Positions 27,917 to 38,452 are shown, numbered from the stretch's first letter. The stretch is DNA of 64,000 nt from Gemmatimonadota bacterium (GCA_039589315.1 JBDHHQ010000003.1:110886-174885); one strand, 5' to 3'. Numbers and translations are program-made. The notes: a model not told the origin generated them from the letters alone.

Positions 27917-28201
27917 GACTTCTCCTTGGTTCTATCGTAGCGGCAGACCCTCGCGCGGCAGCGCGGCCCAGCGGTGGGACGCCAGCGCGGCGCGAGGTCA
28001 CGGTCATGATGCTGCCGGTGCGGCTCGTCAGCAAGGAAGCGCGGCGACATGCTGGGGGACCCGAGGCACCGCAGCCCTGCGTTGGACGCGTCCCGTGCGG
28101 GGCAACACGGAGAGCCGCCCCGCGTATGAGCAGAGAGTCGCCGCTTCCGTGCGGGCCGCCGGCCCCCTACCACCGCCACCTCGACCTCCAGTCTCACGAC
28201 G

Positions 28202-28579
28202 ATGCGACCGCTGATGGCAGCAGCTCTCGGCACCGTGGCCCTGGCGGCATGCACCTCCTTGGCCGGCGTGGAGCTCACCGGCGTCCGGCGCTTCACGCCC
28301 CTTCCTGCATACTCCGACTGGTGGACGGAAACCGAGGCGTGCTCCGGTCGAGCCGCGGACTTCGGCCGCATCGAGTGGTGGGAGGCCGAGACGATCACGG
28401 TGAACAAGCAGATCGTGCTGGCTCACTGGGAGAAACCCCACAAGATCACGTTGACGCGCTTTCATGTGGCTACCGCGAGTGTCGTGAGGCACGAGATGCT
28501 GCACGACCTGCTCGACGGCGACCCGAACCATGCCGACGAGGCCTGGCAGGCGTGCGGTGTCAGCGGTGTGAACGGCTGA
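28202..28579 (+). CDS. Small lipoprotein with HExxH zincin-like motif
   Basis: Lipobox LAAC; VRHEMLHDLL...PNH. Confidence 0.65.
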   Translation: MRPLMAAALGTVALAACTSLAGVELTGVRRFTPLPAYSDWWTETEACSGRAADFGRIEWWEAETITVNKQIVLAHWEKPHKITLTRFHVATASVVRHEMLHDLLDGDPNHADEAWQACGVSGVNG

Positions 28580-28993
28580 TCACGCCGATGCGTCCCCGGC
28601 GAAGGTGTAGCACCAGGCCTCCCCTTCCAGGACCGTCGTGCCCTCCTGGGTGACCACGTGGACCCCGAGCCGACATACCGGCTTCGTTTCGTGGACCGAG
28701 CGGACTTCGGCACGGGCCGTGATCGTATCTCCGATGTACACGGGAGCGGTGAACTTCCAGTCCTGGCTCAGGAACACCGTCCCCGGACCGGGCAGGTCCA
28801 TGGCCACCAGGGCGTGCAGCAGCCCGGTGGTGAGCCCCCCCTGGACGACGCGACGCCCGAACCGGGTCGCGGCGACGAAGGCATCGTCGAAGTGCAGCGG
28901 ATTGTAGTCACCGGTGATCTCGGCGAAGAGTCGAACGTGGTCCTCGGTGAGCGTCAACGTGCGGGTCGCGGTGTCTCCGACGGACAGCGGCAT
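28580..28993 (-). CDS. MaoC family dehydratase
   Basis: FAEITGDYNPLHFD, PGPGTVF, FTAPVYIGDTI. Confidence 0.9.
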   Translation of the reverse strand: MPLSVGDTATRTLTLTEDHVRLFAEITGDYNPLHFDDAFVAATRFGRRVVQGGLTTGLLHALVAMDLPGPGTVFLSQDWKFTAPVYIGDTITARAEVRSVHETKPVCRLGVHVVTQEGTTVLEGEAWCYTFAGDASA

Positions 28994-29185
28994 GGCGCGT
29001 GCTCCTCGTGCTTGCGGGCGGACTGGAGGTCCCTATTGTGGGGGATTCACCACGATCCCACACGTTGCGAGGTAGCGCCCTTCGGCATGAGCGCCCCCCC
29101 GAACCTGCAGGAGCTTCCAGCTGGGTGGAAGGCCCCGGTCGCGGCCGGCGCAACGCCGAGGGCCGGGACCGAGTCCTCCTCGGCC

Positions 29186-30013
29186 GTGACGCGGCGAACC
29201 CGCCTGCTAGCGGCTCTGGCGCTGAGCGCGATCCCGGCCGGGCTGCTGCCGGACACGGCCGACGCGCAACCGGCGAGCCAGGGCTCCGTCCTCGTCGAGT
29301 ACATCGCCCATGCCAGCTTCCGCGTGACGTCGCCCGCGGGGCATGCGGTGGTCATCGACCCCTATGCGAGCCGGGTCTGGCTGGGATACGACTACCCGGC
29401 CGAGCTGGGCGCCTCTACCGTGCTCGTCACCCACCCGCACTACGACCACGACGGCGGGCGCTTCCGGGGGCTGGATGTCCCCTGGGATCCCGAGACGCGG
29501 GTCATCGACGGGCCGGGCGAATACGAGATCGGCGACCTGGCAATCCGGGGCGTCCGTGGCAAGCACGCGGACCCGTATGGGAAGGAGTTCGGCCAGGTCA
29601 ACACGATCTTCGTGCTGGAGGCGGCCGGGATCCGCATCGCCCACGTCGGGGACAACGGCCCGCTGACGGAGCAGAACGTCAGGGAGATGGGCCGGGTCGA
29701 CGTGCTCATGCTGCCCATCGACGGAGACTATCACATCCTGGCTGAAGCGGAGATCCAGGCCATCCTCGAAGCGGTACGGCCCCGCCTGCTCGTGCCCATG
29801 CACTACCGGATTCCGGCCCTCGAGTCGGATCCGGAGAGCCCGTCGGACCTGGGTCCAATAGACCCCTGGTTGGACGGCAAGGACGGGGTGCGCCGACTGT
29901 CCTCCCACCGCCTCGAGCTGAGCAGCTCCGGGCTCAGCCAGGCGCCGTCCATCGTCGTCTTCACACACTCGCCCGAGGTCGGGGCTTCGTCGCCCGAAGG
30001 AGACCACTCGTGA
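29186..30013 (+). CDS. Exported MBL-fold metallohydrolase
   Basis: Signal peptide (MTRRTRLLAALALS); HASF, IDPY, THPHYDH, HVGD, PMHY. Start could also be ATG 29087. Confidence 0.85.
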   Translation: MTRRTRLLAALALSAIPAGLLPDTADAQPASQGSVLVEYIAHASFRVTSPAGHAVVIDPYASRVWLGYDYPAELGASTVLVTHPHYDHDGGRFRGLDVPWDPETRVIDGPGEYEIGDLAIRGVRGKHADPYGKEFGQVNTIFVLEAAGIRIAHVGDNGPLTEQNVREMGRVDVLMLPIDGDYHILAEAEIQAILEAVRPRLLVPMHYRIPALESDPESPSDLGPIDPWLDGKDGVRRLSSHRLELSSSGLSQAPSIVVFTHSPEVGASSPEGDHS

Positions 30014-31701
30014 CCGCCACCAGCCTGCCCGGCCGCCTGGGACCCTTGCTCGCGCCCCTGTTGGTCCTCGCCGTCAGCGCCTGCGGCGAGGGGAACGGGC
30101 CGGAGCCCACGACCATGGCGGGTGCCTCCGACGTCGAGACTCGCCTCGCGCAGTACGCGACCGTCCGGCTCACGACCGACATGTCCGTCCTCAGCGACGA
30201 CGAGCGGGCCATGATCCCCCTTCTCATGGAGGCCATGACGCCCATGGACGAGGCGTTCTGGGTCCAGGCGTTCGGCTCGGAGGAGGCGCTCCTGGGATCC
30301 ATCGCGGACGCCGCGACGCGACGGCTCGTCGAGATCAACTACGGTCCGTGGGACCGGCTCGCGGGCGACGAGGCGTTTCTGCCGAGCGTGGGGGTCAAGC
30401 CCAGAGGCGCCAACCTGTACCCGCCCGACATCACTCCGGAGGAGTTCGAAGTGGCGGTGGCCGCGGCGGACGACGGGGGCGAAGCCTTGCGCAGCCTCTA
30501 CACGCTGGTCCGCCGGGACGACGACGGCAGCCTCATGACGATTCCGTATCACCAGGCGTTTGCCGAGCAGCACCGTAGGGCAGCCGAGCTGCTCCTGGAG
30601 GCCGCGTCCCTCGCTCCCCAGGCCAGCCTACGGAAGTACCTGGAGCTCCGCGCCCGCGCGTTCATGGACGACGAGTACCGGGAGAGCGACATGGCGTGGC
30701 TGGACATGAAGGACAACCGCCTGGACGTGGTGATCGGACCCATCGAGGTCTACGAGGACCAGCTGAACGGGTTCAAGGCCGCCCACGAGGGCTACGTGCT
30801 GGTCAAGGACATGGAGTGGAGCGAGCGCCTGGCCCGCTTCGCCCAGTTCCTGCCGGCGCTCCAGGAAGGACTTCCCGCCCCGGACGCCTACAAGCAGGAG
30901 CGGCCTGGGACGAATGCCGAGCTCAACGCGTACGATGTCCTTTACTACGCGGGCCACGCGAACGCAGGATCCAAGACCATCGCCATCAACCTGCCCAACG
31001 ACGAGACGGTGCAGCTGGCCAAGGGTACGCGGCGACTTCAGCTCAAGAACGCCATGCGGGCCAAGTTCGACGAGATCCTGGTTCCCATCGCAGAGGTCCT
31101 GATCGCGGATGACCAGCGGCCGCACGTCACGTTCGACGCCTTCTTCGGGAACACGATGTTCCATGAGGTGGCGCACGGCCTGGGGATCAAGAACACGATC
31201 AACGACCGGGGGACGGTGAGGGAAGCGCTGCGCGAGCACTATTCGCCGATGGAGGAGGGCAAGGCCGACGTGCTCGGCCTGTACATGGTGACGCAGCTCT
31301 TCGACCAGGACGAAATGACCGAGGGCGACCTACGCGACAACTACGTCACCTTCATGGCCAGCATCTTCCGGTCGGTGCGCTTCGGGGCGTCGAGCGCCCA
31401 CGGGCGGGCGAACATGGTGCGCTTCAACTTCTTCCAGGAGCGGGGCGCATTCGTGCGGGACGAGGCGACGGGCACCTACCGGGTGGACTTCGAGCATCTG
31501 CGGCGCGCCATGGCGGAGCTCTCGGAGCTGATCCTCACTCTCCAGGGGGACGGGAACCACCAGGGCGCCGGTGCTCTGCTCGCCGAGCAGGGACGCGTCG
31601 GGCCGGGGCTTCAGGCGGATCTGGACCGGCTGGCCGAGGCGGGGATTCCCGTCGACCTCGTCTTCGAGCAGGGGATGAGCGTGTTGGGAGGCGGCGGCTG
31701 A
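30010..31701 (+). CDS. Peptidase M49 / dipeptidyl-peptidase III-like Zn hydrolase (lipoprotein)
   Basis: Lipobox VSAC; INYGPWDRL, GPIEVYED, AINLPND, HEVAHGLG, EEGKAD. Confidence 0.88.
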   Translation: MTATSLPGRLGPLLAPLLVLAVSACGEGNGPEPTTMAGASDVETRLAQYATVRLTTDMSVLSDDERAMIPLLMEAMTPMDEAFWVQAFGSEEALLGSIADAATRRLVEINYGPWDRLAGDEAFLPSVGVKPRGANLYPPDITPEEFEVAVAAADDGGEALRSLYTLVRRDDDGSLMTIPYHQAFAEQHRRAAELLLEAASLAPQASLRKYLELRARAFMDDEYRESDMAWLDMKDNRLDVVIGPIEVYEDQLNGFKAAHEGYVLVKDMEWSERLARFAQFLPALQEGLPAPDAYKQERPGTNAELNAYDVLYYAGHANAGSKTIAINLPNDETVQLAKGTRRLQLKNAMRAKFDEILVPIAEVLIADDQRPHVTFDAFFGNTMFHEVAHGLGIKNTINDRGTVREALREHYSPMEEGKADVLGLYMVTQLFDQDEMTEGDLRDNYVTFMASIFRSVRFGASSAHGRANMVRFNFFQERGAFVRDEATGTYRVDFEHLRRAMAELSELILTLQGDGNHQGAGALLAEQGRVGPGLQADLDRLAEAGIPVDLVFEQGMSVLGGGG

Positions 31702-31719
31702 CGACCTGACGGGCGCCGG

Positions 31720-31833
31720 TGAGGGCTTCTCTCGTCTCTCCTGCGTGGCCACGGTCCCGGCCAGGCGACGAGCCCGGGTCTCAGGCCGCTTCGCGCTCAC
31801 GATCCACCGGACGTACTCAGACGTGTCGGTCAT
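31720..31833 (-). pseudogene. YdeI/OmpD-associated domain C-terminal fragment
   Basis: EYVRWIVSAKRPETRARRL matches the YdeI C-terminal signature; no upstream domain and no stop of its own before running antisense into the M49 gene. Confidence 0.5.
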
Positions 31834-32019
31834 CCGTTCAGGTGGCTCCTCTCCCTGAGCTCGAAGCACGTCGGACCCGTCCGATCAGGGATCCCGACTG
31901 GGCTGGGTGCCGCCGCCCCTCTCGCGACCCGGCCCCGCTTCGGGGGCGGTTGGGACCCCAGCGATCCACAACACGGGCGCTTGCGCGAACCCGGAACCCG
32001 GGCAGCGGGTTTGGTAGAC

Positions 32020-33240
32020 ATGATGAGCCGAAATCACGAGGCCCACCCAGACGCCCTGGGCCGCTTCGACCAGTCGTTCTTCGTTCGCATGACCCTTTCC
32101 TTCCTGGGCTTTCTGTTGGCCGTGGCCGTGATCGAGCTGGGCCTTCGTTTCGCCTTCGAGGTATACGACTTCCGTCAGCGGCAGGACGGGGCGACGCAGA
32201 TCGCGGCCGAGCGCCTCGCGAACGACGTGCGGTCCATCATGCTCAATCGCGGTGGGCCGGTCGCTTCGCGCACCGTCTACCCGATACTGCAGCGCAACTA
32301 CGAGGTGGCCGGGCTCTCGGTGGCCATCGAGCCCGCAGCGGTCACGAGCTCGTCGATCCGGGCCGTCTTCGGCTTCGAGCCGCTCGGCCTGCCCCCGTCC
32401 TGGCGGGAGGGGACGCATCACGAGAGCCGCGTGGAGCTCCGCGCCGAGGAGTTCTGCTTGCAGTGCCACGGCGAGGCAGGGGTGGGCGACGTCCTGGGAA
32501 CGGTGACCGTCCGGAGCTATCTGGACACGAGTCTCGAGGGGTGGTGGGACGACGTGCGGCTGTCGGTCCCGCTCAACTTCGTGAAGATCGTGGTGAACGT
32601 CGCCATCCTCTTCCTCCTGCTCCGCACCCTGATGACGCCGCTCCTCTCCCTCCGGGCTGCCGTGGCCCGCCTCGCGAAGGGAGCCGGGGGACTCACGACC
32701 CGGGCGGACGTGGTGTCCGCGGACGAGTTCGGTCAGCTGGCCAATGACCTCAACGCCTTCCTCGACCGCGTACAGGAGATCATCGCGGACCTCGAGGTGG
32801 CGGTCACCCGGATGATGGCGTTGAACGGCCGCCTCGAGGGCGTGAGCGTGCGAGGTCGGGCCCACGTGGCGCGCCTGAGTGGCCTGCTGCACTCGTCCGT
32901 GGTCACGATGGGGCATGGGATGCTCGCCACCAATCCGGACGGGGTCTCGGACCTCCATCGACTCGTCGATGAGCTGGAACGACGGGTCGGCGCGAGCGAC
33001 GAAGATGGCCAGCGGAAGCTCCGCAGGTTGCGGCAACGACTCGAGGGGATCCGCCGTGAGTGGCGGCGCTACGGCCGGATCCGGAGCGACCTCCCGCGCC
33101 TCGTCGAGGAGGTGCACGAGGTGCGCCACGTGATGCAGGAGGTGGGCTTCCTCGAGGATCAGCTCGCCGGTGTCATGGAGGCGGGTCGCAGGGTGCTCGG
33201 TCGTCTGGCGGGCCCGGCCGGCGAGGAGCAGTCCGCGTAG
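32020..33240 (+). CDS. Membrane sensor with periplasmic c-type heme (CxxCH) domain, HAMP domain and coiled-coil tail
   Basis: TM1, periplasmic domain with CLQCH, TM2, HAMP (PL..L...V..LAKG..GLT.R....S.DEFGQLANDLNAF), helical C-terminus. Confidence 0.8.
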   Translation: MMSRNHEAHPDALGRFDQSFFVRMTLSFLGFLLAVAVIELGLRFAFEVYDFRQRQDGATQIAAERLANDVRSIMLNRGGPVASRTVYPILQRNYEVAGLSVAIEPAAVTSSSIRAVFGFEPLGLPPSWREGTHHESRVELRAEEFCLQCHGEAGVGDVLGTVTVRSYLDTSLEGWWDDVRLSVPLNFVKIVVNVAILFLLLRTLMTPLLSLRAAVARLAKGAGGLTTRADVVSADEFGQLANDLNAFLDRVQEIIADLEVAVTRMMALNGRLEGVSVRGRAHVARLSGLLHSSVVTMGHGMLATNPDGVSDLHRLVDELERRVGASDEDGQRKLRRLRQRLEGIRREWRRYGRIRSDLPRLVEEVHEVRHVMQEVGFLEDQLAGVMEAGRRVLGRLAGPAGEEQSA

Positions 33241-33282
33241 CGGCCTTCCCGAGTCGGGAATCCGACCAGCGAGCGGACCAGG

Positions 33283-33816
33283 CTACCAGTCGGACGCCGC
33301 TTCCTCCTCCTCGATCTTGCGGATCTCCGACTGGAGACGCTCCCACTCGTCGGAGCTCACGGCGGCGCCGACGGGCTGTGGCTCCCGCGACCGGATGCTC
33401 CGCCGAAGCACCAGCCCCACCAACACCCCGCCCATCACCAGCGCCATGACGGGCGTCAGATACCCGACCCAGTTGAAGCCCTCCAGGGGCGGGGCGATCA
33501 GAACGGCCTTCCCGTACTCGGTCACGAACTCGTCGAGAATCGCGTCCTCGGTCGCGCCCCCCTCCAGAAGCTGGAGCATCCGGGCGGACCAGCGGGGAGA
33601 GACTCCGCACTGCATGTTCAGCTGACAGGTGTGGAGGTCGAGTGTGCATCCACAGCTGCAACGCAGGCTCTGCTCCAGAACGCGGAGCTTCGCCCCGAGC
33701 TCGCCCTCGTGGTTGTGCGTGTAGGTGGTCGACGGGTCGTAGGCCGCATGCTCGGGGCCGGTCGACTGAGGACCGCCCTGTATGGCGGTTGCCAGGAGGA
33801 TCGCCGTGATCTTCAT
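33283..33816 (-). CDS. ccmH: Cytochrome c biogenesis protein CcmH/NrfF-like
   Basis: LRCSCGC, FVTEYGKAVLIAPP..GFNWVGY, followed by a TM helix. Confidence 0.75.
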   Translation of the reverse strand: MKITAILLATAIQGGPQSTGPEHAAYDPSTTYTHNHEGELGAKLRVLEQSLRCSCGCTLDLHTCQLNMQCGVSPRWSARMLQLLEGGATEDAILDEFVTEYGKAVLIAPPLEGFNWVGYLTPVMALVMGGVLVGLVLRRSIRSREPQPVGAAVSSDEWERLQSEIRKIEEEEAASDW

Positions 33817-33990
33817 CCGTTCCTGCTCGTCTGTGATTGTCCCACGCCCGTCGAAGCTCCGGCTCTCATACCGCCTTCGGGCGAGTCGGGTCCCTGCCAG
33901 CGAACCCGGGACGATGGAGCGGCGAGCCAGGGGCCAGCGCCGCGCTGTCCTTCACGGTACCCACTCCTCCCGGCTGGAGGAAGAGGCCAC

Positions 33991-35061
33991 CTACGGCACG
34001 GGCATGCGGCCCACCGCAGCTTCCACCAATGAACCGAAGTAGAGCGAGCCTCCCACTTGTTCCACGCTGGAGATCTGGCGGTAGCGGGCCCGAGGATCCT
34101 GGGGGGCGTCGGCGACGCTACCACGAGCGTCCAGGCGGAGGATGAACCCGTACTCGCCGGGAACGGGCAGGAACGACTCGGGGAGACGCCAGATGAGCCG
34201 GCGCATGAACCTGCTCTGCAGGAGGGACTGATCCAACTCGGCGTTTCTCGGCGCAATGAGCGCCAACCAGAACCCATTCCGCCCGTTGGACGAGATCCCA
34301 TCCGGGAAGCCCGGGAGGTTCTCGATCACCACCTCCGAGGTTCCCGCCCGCTCTCCGGCCACCCATACCCGCCGAACGCGGTACTTGCCGGTCTCCACGA
34401 CCATCACGGACTGCTGGTCTGGGCTCACGGCAACTCCGTTGGCGAAGTAGAGGCTGTCGAGGACGAGTCGGGTGTCGCCGGAGGCCGGATCGTAGGCGAG
34501 GAGCCGCCCGTTGGGCCGGTGCTCCAGCAGTTCGGCCCAGTACATGTCGAGGGGGAACTTCCGCGAGGTGTCGCTGAAGTAGATGGTCCCGTCCGCGGCC
34601 ACGTCCACGTCATTGGTCAGCCGGAACGGGACCCCGCCCTCTTCGGTGGTCAGGACCGTAGCCTGGCCGTCGGGCGAGATGGACAGGAGGCCGCGAAACG
34701 CGTCCGCCACGATGAGGTTGCCGGCGCCATCGAAGTCGAGCCCGAGGGGGCGGCCTCCCGTGGTCGCGAAGTCCTCGGCGCCGCTTCCGTCGGGAGCCAG
34801 CCGAACGATGCGGCCGTCCTCCACTCCGCCGTAGATGCGCCCCTGGCGGTCCACCGCCACGTCCTCCGGTCCCACGCCCATCCCTTCGCCCAGGCGCTGG
34901 ATCGCGGCCAACCGTTGGTTCGGGCGGTACAGGCCGGTTAGCCGGGGTGGGTTCGGTGGGGTCCACTCCACCGGATCGATGGGGACCGGAGCCTGGAGCA
35001 GGTAGGCCAGGCCGAGCAAGACGCCGGCGATCATGAGGATCAGGAGGATTCGGGCGAACAT
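33991..35061 (-). CDS. Strictosidine synthase-like / SMP-30-gluconolactonase family protein
   Basis: N-terminal TM; GPED, GRPLGL, DAFRGLL, YFANGV, NLPGFPDGI. Confidence 0.9.
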   Translation of the reverse strand: MFARILLILMIAGVLLGLAYLLQAPVPIDPVEWTPPNPPRLTGLYRPNQRLAAIQRLGEGMGVGPEDVAVDRQGRIYGGVEDGRIVRLAPDGSGAEDFATTGGRPLGLDFDGAGNLIVADAFRGLLSISPDGQATVLTTEEGGVPFRLTNDVDVAADGTIYFSDTSRKFPLDMYWAELLEHRPNGRLLAYDPASGDTRLVLDSLYFANGVAVSPDQQSVMVVETGKYRVRRVWVAGERAGTSEVVIENLPGFPDGISSNGRNGFWLALIAPRNAELDQSLLQSRFMRRLIWRLPESFLPVPGEYGFILRLDARGSVADAPQDPRARYRQISSVEQVGGSLYFGSLVEAAVGRMPVP

Positions 35062-35113
35062 CGCTTCCTCTCAACGTGGGTCGGACCGTACGGCGCGATC
35101 CGGAATGATCGTT

Positions 35114-35977
35114 CTACAGCGTTTCCGCCGGGACGGCCAGGACAGGGCACGGCGAGCGGCGGATCACACGCTCGGTCGTACTGCCGGTCAGGGCATCCAT
35201 GAATCCGCGGCGGCCTTCAGTGACCATCACGACCAGGTTGGCCATGAAGTCATCGGCCGCCATGACGATCTCGTGAGCGACGTCACCAGATCGCGTCTCG
35301 TGCTCGAATCTCCACCGATCGTCCGCCGGGAGGTCCAGCTCGGGTGCACCGTCCGGGCTTCCGACGTGAAACAGGGTGATGGTCGGCGATCCACCGCCTC
35401 CGTAGCCGTCGACGGCGTTCATCGCCGCGTCCACGCCCGGCTCGGGAGCCGGGTCCCGCGCTACCGGGACGAGGATCCGATCCAGGGTGACGGCTCCGTC
35501 CGCCTCGGCCACACATCCCCGGGCGCCGTTGGGGACGAAGAGGGTGGTCACCGCCGCGTGGCGAGCCAGCGGCTCGGCCACCGAGCCCTGAATGAACCGG
35601 TCCAGCCCCTCCCGTCCGGCGGTGGCCAGCACCAGCATGTCGGTCATGTGATCCGCCATGTACGCGAGGATGCCGTCCACGACACCCCTGCCGCGGATCG
35701 ACACCTTCTCCACCTGCACGCCCAGCTCGGACAGCACGGCGCTCCGTCCGGCCCCCGGCTCCAGCAGTTTCCACCGCTCGAGCATTTCGCGAACCCCTGG
35801 AAACTGGTGCCAATCCGACTGGCCCCCCTCGCCGCCGGCGTGTAACAGGGTCAGCCGCGCTTTGTGACGAATCGCCAGTCGCAGCGCGTGCGCGAAGGCC
35901 GTTACGCTCCCCGGACCGAAGTCGGTGGGGTGAAGGATGGACGCGTAGCGCAAAGGCGTCCAGGACGGTCCCGACAT
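35114..35977 (-). CDS. Tandem-domain universal stress protein
   Basis: ILHPTDF, GLDRFIQGSVAE, ILVPV, GSTTERVIRRSPCPVLAV. Confidence 0.9.
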   Translation of the reverse strand: MSGPSWTPLRYASILHPTDFGPGSVTAFAHALRLAIRHKARLTLLHAGGEGGQSDWHQFPGVREMLERWKLLEPGAGRSAVLSELGVQVEKVSIRGRGVVDGILAYMADHMTDMLVLATAGREGLDRFIQGSVAEPLARHAAVTTLFVPNGARGCVAEADGAVTLDRILVPVARDPAPEPGVDAAMNAVDGYGGGGSPTITLFHVGSPDGAPELDLPADDRWRFEHETRSGDVAHEIVMAADDFMANLVVMVTEGRRGFMDALTGSTTERVIRRSPCPVLAVPAETL

Positions 35978-36395
35978 GGATTGGCTCGGTCTCCCGTGAG
36001 GATCTCTCGTGGCGGTGCCGGCCACGGCCGTGTCGACGTTCCGACCACGGTGGCCCTGCCCGCACGACCCGTCAAGGCGAACGTCTCGGACAATTGCAAG
36101 GTTCGGGCCGGGAGGGTCGATCTTGCCTGTCCGAGGCGGGGCTTCGTGGATCCCTCGCCCCCCGGCGGACCAACGCGCATCGCCGCGCCTCGCCCCTACC
36201 CGCCGCCGCCCTCTGGCCAACGGCGATGACGGGCTCTAACGTCGGACACGATCGGGTCCACCCACCCGCCTCGCCCTCCGGCGACTGGCCCGGTCGCAGG
36301 TCGGTTCCGCCCTCCCCACATGGCGGAAATCGCCTGGCATTTCCCCGTAGGTAACGAGGGATCGGACAGACGGGTCGCTGACAAGGAGGAGTGGT

Positions 36396-37187
36396 ATGGA
36401 CGCGCAGGACTCGGGACGATGGGTCTGGTACGACCTCATGACGACGACACCGGAGGCGGCGGAGAGCTTCTATCGGGCCGTCGTGGGCTGGGGGATCGAG
36501 GAGTGGGACGGACCGACGCCGGACACCCCCTATCACATGTGGACCACATCCGAAGGGGCGATCGGTGGCGTGGTCCAGCTCCCGGAGGAGGCGCAGGCGG
36601 CGGGGGCACCACCCCACTGGCTCGCTTACGTGTGTGTCTCCGACGTTGACGCCGTCGTGACGAAGGCCACCCAGCTCGGTGCCGCCGCGCTCATGCCCGG
36701 CATGGACATTCCCGGCGTGGGACGCATCGCCACCCTGCGGGACCCCCAGGGCGCGGTGTTCGCCGTTTACACGCCGGCGGGAGATCCGCCCGGCCACGGC
36801 GGCGCGCCCCGCCTCGGGGAGTTCAGCTGGCACGAGCTCGCCACCACCGACCAGTCGGCGGCGTTCGACTTCTACCACGAGCTGTTCGGCTGGGAGAAGA
36901 CCGACGCGATGGACATGGGTGAAGACGGGATGTACGACATGTTCGGCGCCCACGGCGACACCTATGGTGGCATCTTCTCCAAGCCGGCAGAGATGCCGGG
37001 GCCACCGGCGTGGATGTTCTACGCCATGGTGGAGGACATCGCCCGGGCGGTGGAGGCGGTGACGGCCAACGGGGGGCAGGTGCTCAATGGCCCCATGGAG
37101 GTCCCCGGTGGGGACCAGATCGCCCAGTGCATGGATCCGCAGGGCGCCATGTTCGCCATCCACGCGAAGGCCACGGCCTCGGCCTGA
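36396..37187 (+). CDS. VOC (glyoxalase/bleomycin resistance) family protein, two domains
   Basis: AAGGAGGAG RBS; WYDLMT, WHELAT, DPQGA repeated. Confidence 0.9.
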   Translation: MDAQDSGRWVWYDLMTTTPEAAESFYRAVVGWGIEEWDGPTPDTPYHMWTTSEGAIGGVVQLPEEAQAAGAPPHWLAYVCVSDVDAVVTKATQLGAAALMPGMDIPGVGRIATLRDPQGAVFAVYTPAGDPPGHGGAPRLGEFSWHELATTDQSAAFDFYHELFGWEKTDAMDMGEDGMYDMFGAHGDTYGGIFSKPAEMPGPPAWMFYAMVEDIARAVEAVTANGGQVLNGPMEVPGGDQIAQCMDPQGAMFAIHAKATASA

Positions 37188-37354
37188 AGCGGAGGCGGCG
37201 GTGCACCCGTTCGTGGTGCGCCGCCGCCATGCTGGCCCCACGTTCCGAACCGTAGCCGCCCGAGCCCGGGCCGGGGCCGCCCGACCCAACGGGTGGGTGA
37301 GGCGTCGGGGCGTCCCGACGCCCGGTCGCCGTCGGTGCGCCTACCCACGGCCTC

Positions 37355-38452
37355 TCATCCGGCCGGCACTTGGTCACCTCGCCGCGCCAGCCACACGCCC
37401 CAGGTCAGGACCGGGATCACGTACACCACCAGGAACGCCCACGTCAGCGTGCCGTAGCCCCGGGCGATCAAGTCCACCAGGCCGACCCGGGCCAATAGGG
37501 CCGCACCCAGCAGGAACCCGACTGCCACGACGGGCCGCACCAGCCTCGGCAAGTGAGTGCCGCGCTCTGCGAAGACGGACTCCACCCGCTCGTTGACCGC
37601 GTGGATGAAGCCGGTTCCGGTTTCCACCAGGGTGCCGAAGAGGACGAGCTGGAAGGTGAGCTGGAAGGTACGCGATCCCAGCGCCTCGAGGACGAAGTTG
37701 GCCGGCACCGCCCGGTCGAGAACGGCCGGGTAGAGACCCACCATGGCCACGTAGAACAGGAAGGCCGGCACGATGGCGATGACGCCGGCCAGCAGTCCCG
37801 CCCCCACGGCTTCGCGGCGGGTCTCGATGTGGCGGACGGCGAACAGAACGGCCGGAATGACCGCCAGGTTGTAGGCCGCGTACTCGACGCCGCCCCGGAG
37901 CCAGGCCCCCTCGAGCCCGCTGGCCGAAAACGCGGCCGCGATGTCACCGCCGAAGCGGGCCACCGCCCAGATCACCAGCACGAGGTAGACGGCGTACAGC
38001 AGAAACGACCACCCGGCCAGGAATCGCTCGATCAGGTCACTCCCGAAGAACACGAGCACGCCTACGGCCGCCATGATGCCCACGACACCCACGGCATACG
38101 GCAAGCCGAAGGTCTCCTCGAGGATGGATCCCGCGGCCGCGGCGACGACCGCCAGCACGATGAGCATCAACAGGATGTAGCAGACTTCGAAGACGACCCA
38201 CCCCCGGCCGAGGAGACCCTTGAAGAACGTGCGGTAGTCGTACGCACCCCACAGGCGAGCCAGCTCGAACGTCACCGCACAGACCAGGCTCCAGATGACG
38301 GCCGACACGAGCAGCATCGCGGCCAGGCCGCTGACGGGTCCGAGCAGCAGAAAGAACTCGACGATTTCCCGGCCCGTGCCGTAGCCGCCGGCGATCACCA
38401 CTGACTGGAAGACCATGCCGGGGAGGAAGTACTTTTTGAAGACCAGCGGCAC
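37355..38452 (-). CDS. YkvI-family membrane protein (putative amino acid transporter)
   Basis: VIAGGYGTGREIVEFF motif; about 10 TM helices. Confidence 0.82.
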   Translation of the reverse strand: MPLVFKKYFLPGMVFQSVVIAGGYGTGREIVEFFLLLGPVSGLAAMLLVSAVIWSLVCAVTFELARLWGAYDYRTFFKGLLGRGWVVFEVCYILLMLIVLAVVAAAAGSILEETFGLPYAVGVVGIMAAVGVLVFFGSDLIERFLAGWSFLLYAVYLVLVIWAVARFGGDIAAAFSASGLEGAWLRGGVEYAAYNLAVIPAVLFAVRHIETRREAVGAGLLAGVIAIVPAFLFYVAMVGLYPAVLDRAVPANFVLEALGSRTFQLTFQLVLFGTLVETGTGFIHAVNERVESVFAERGTHLPRLVRPVVAVGFLLGAALLARVGLVDLIARGYGTLTWAFLVVYVIPVLTWGVWLARRGDQVPAG

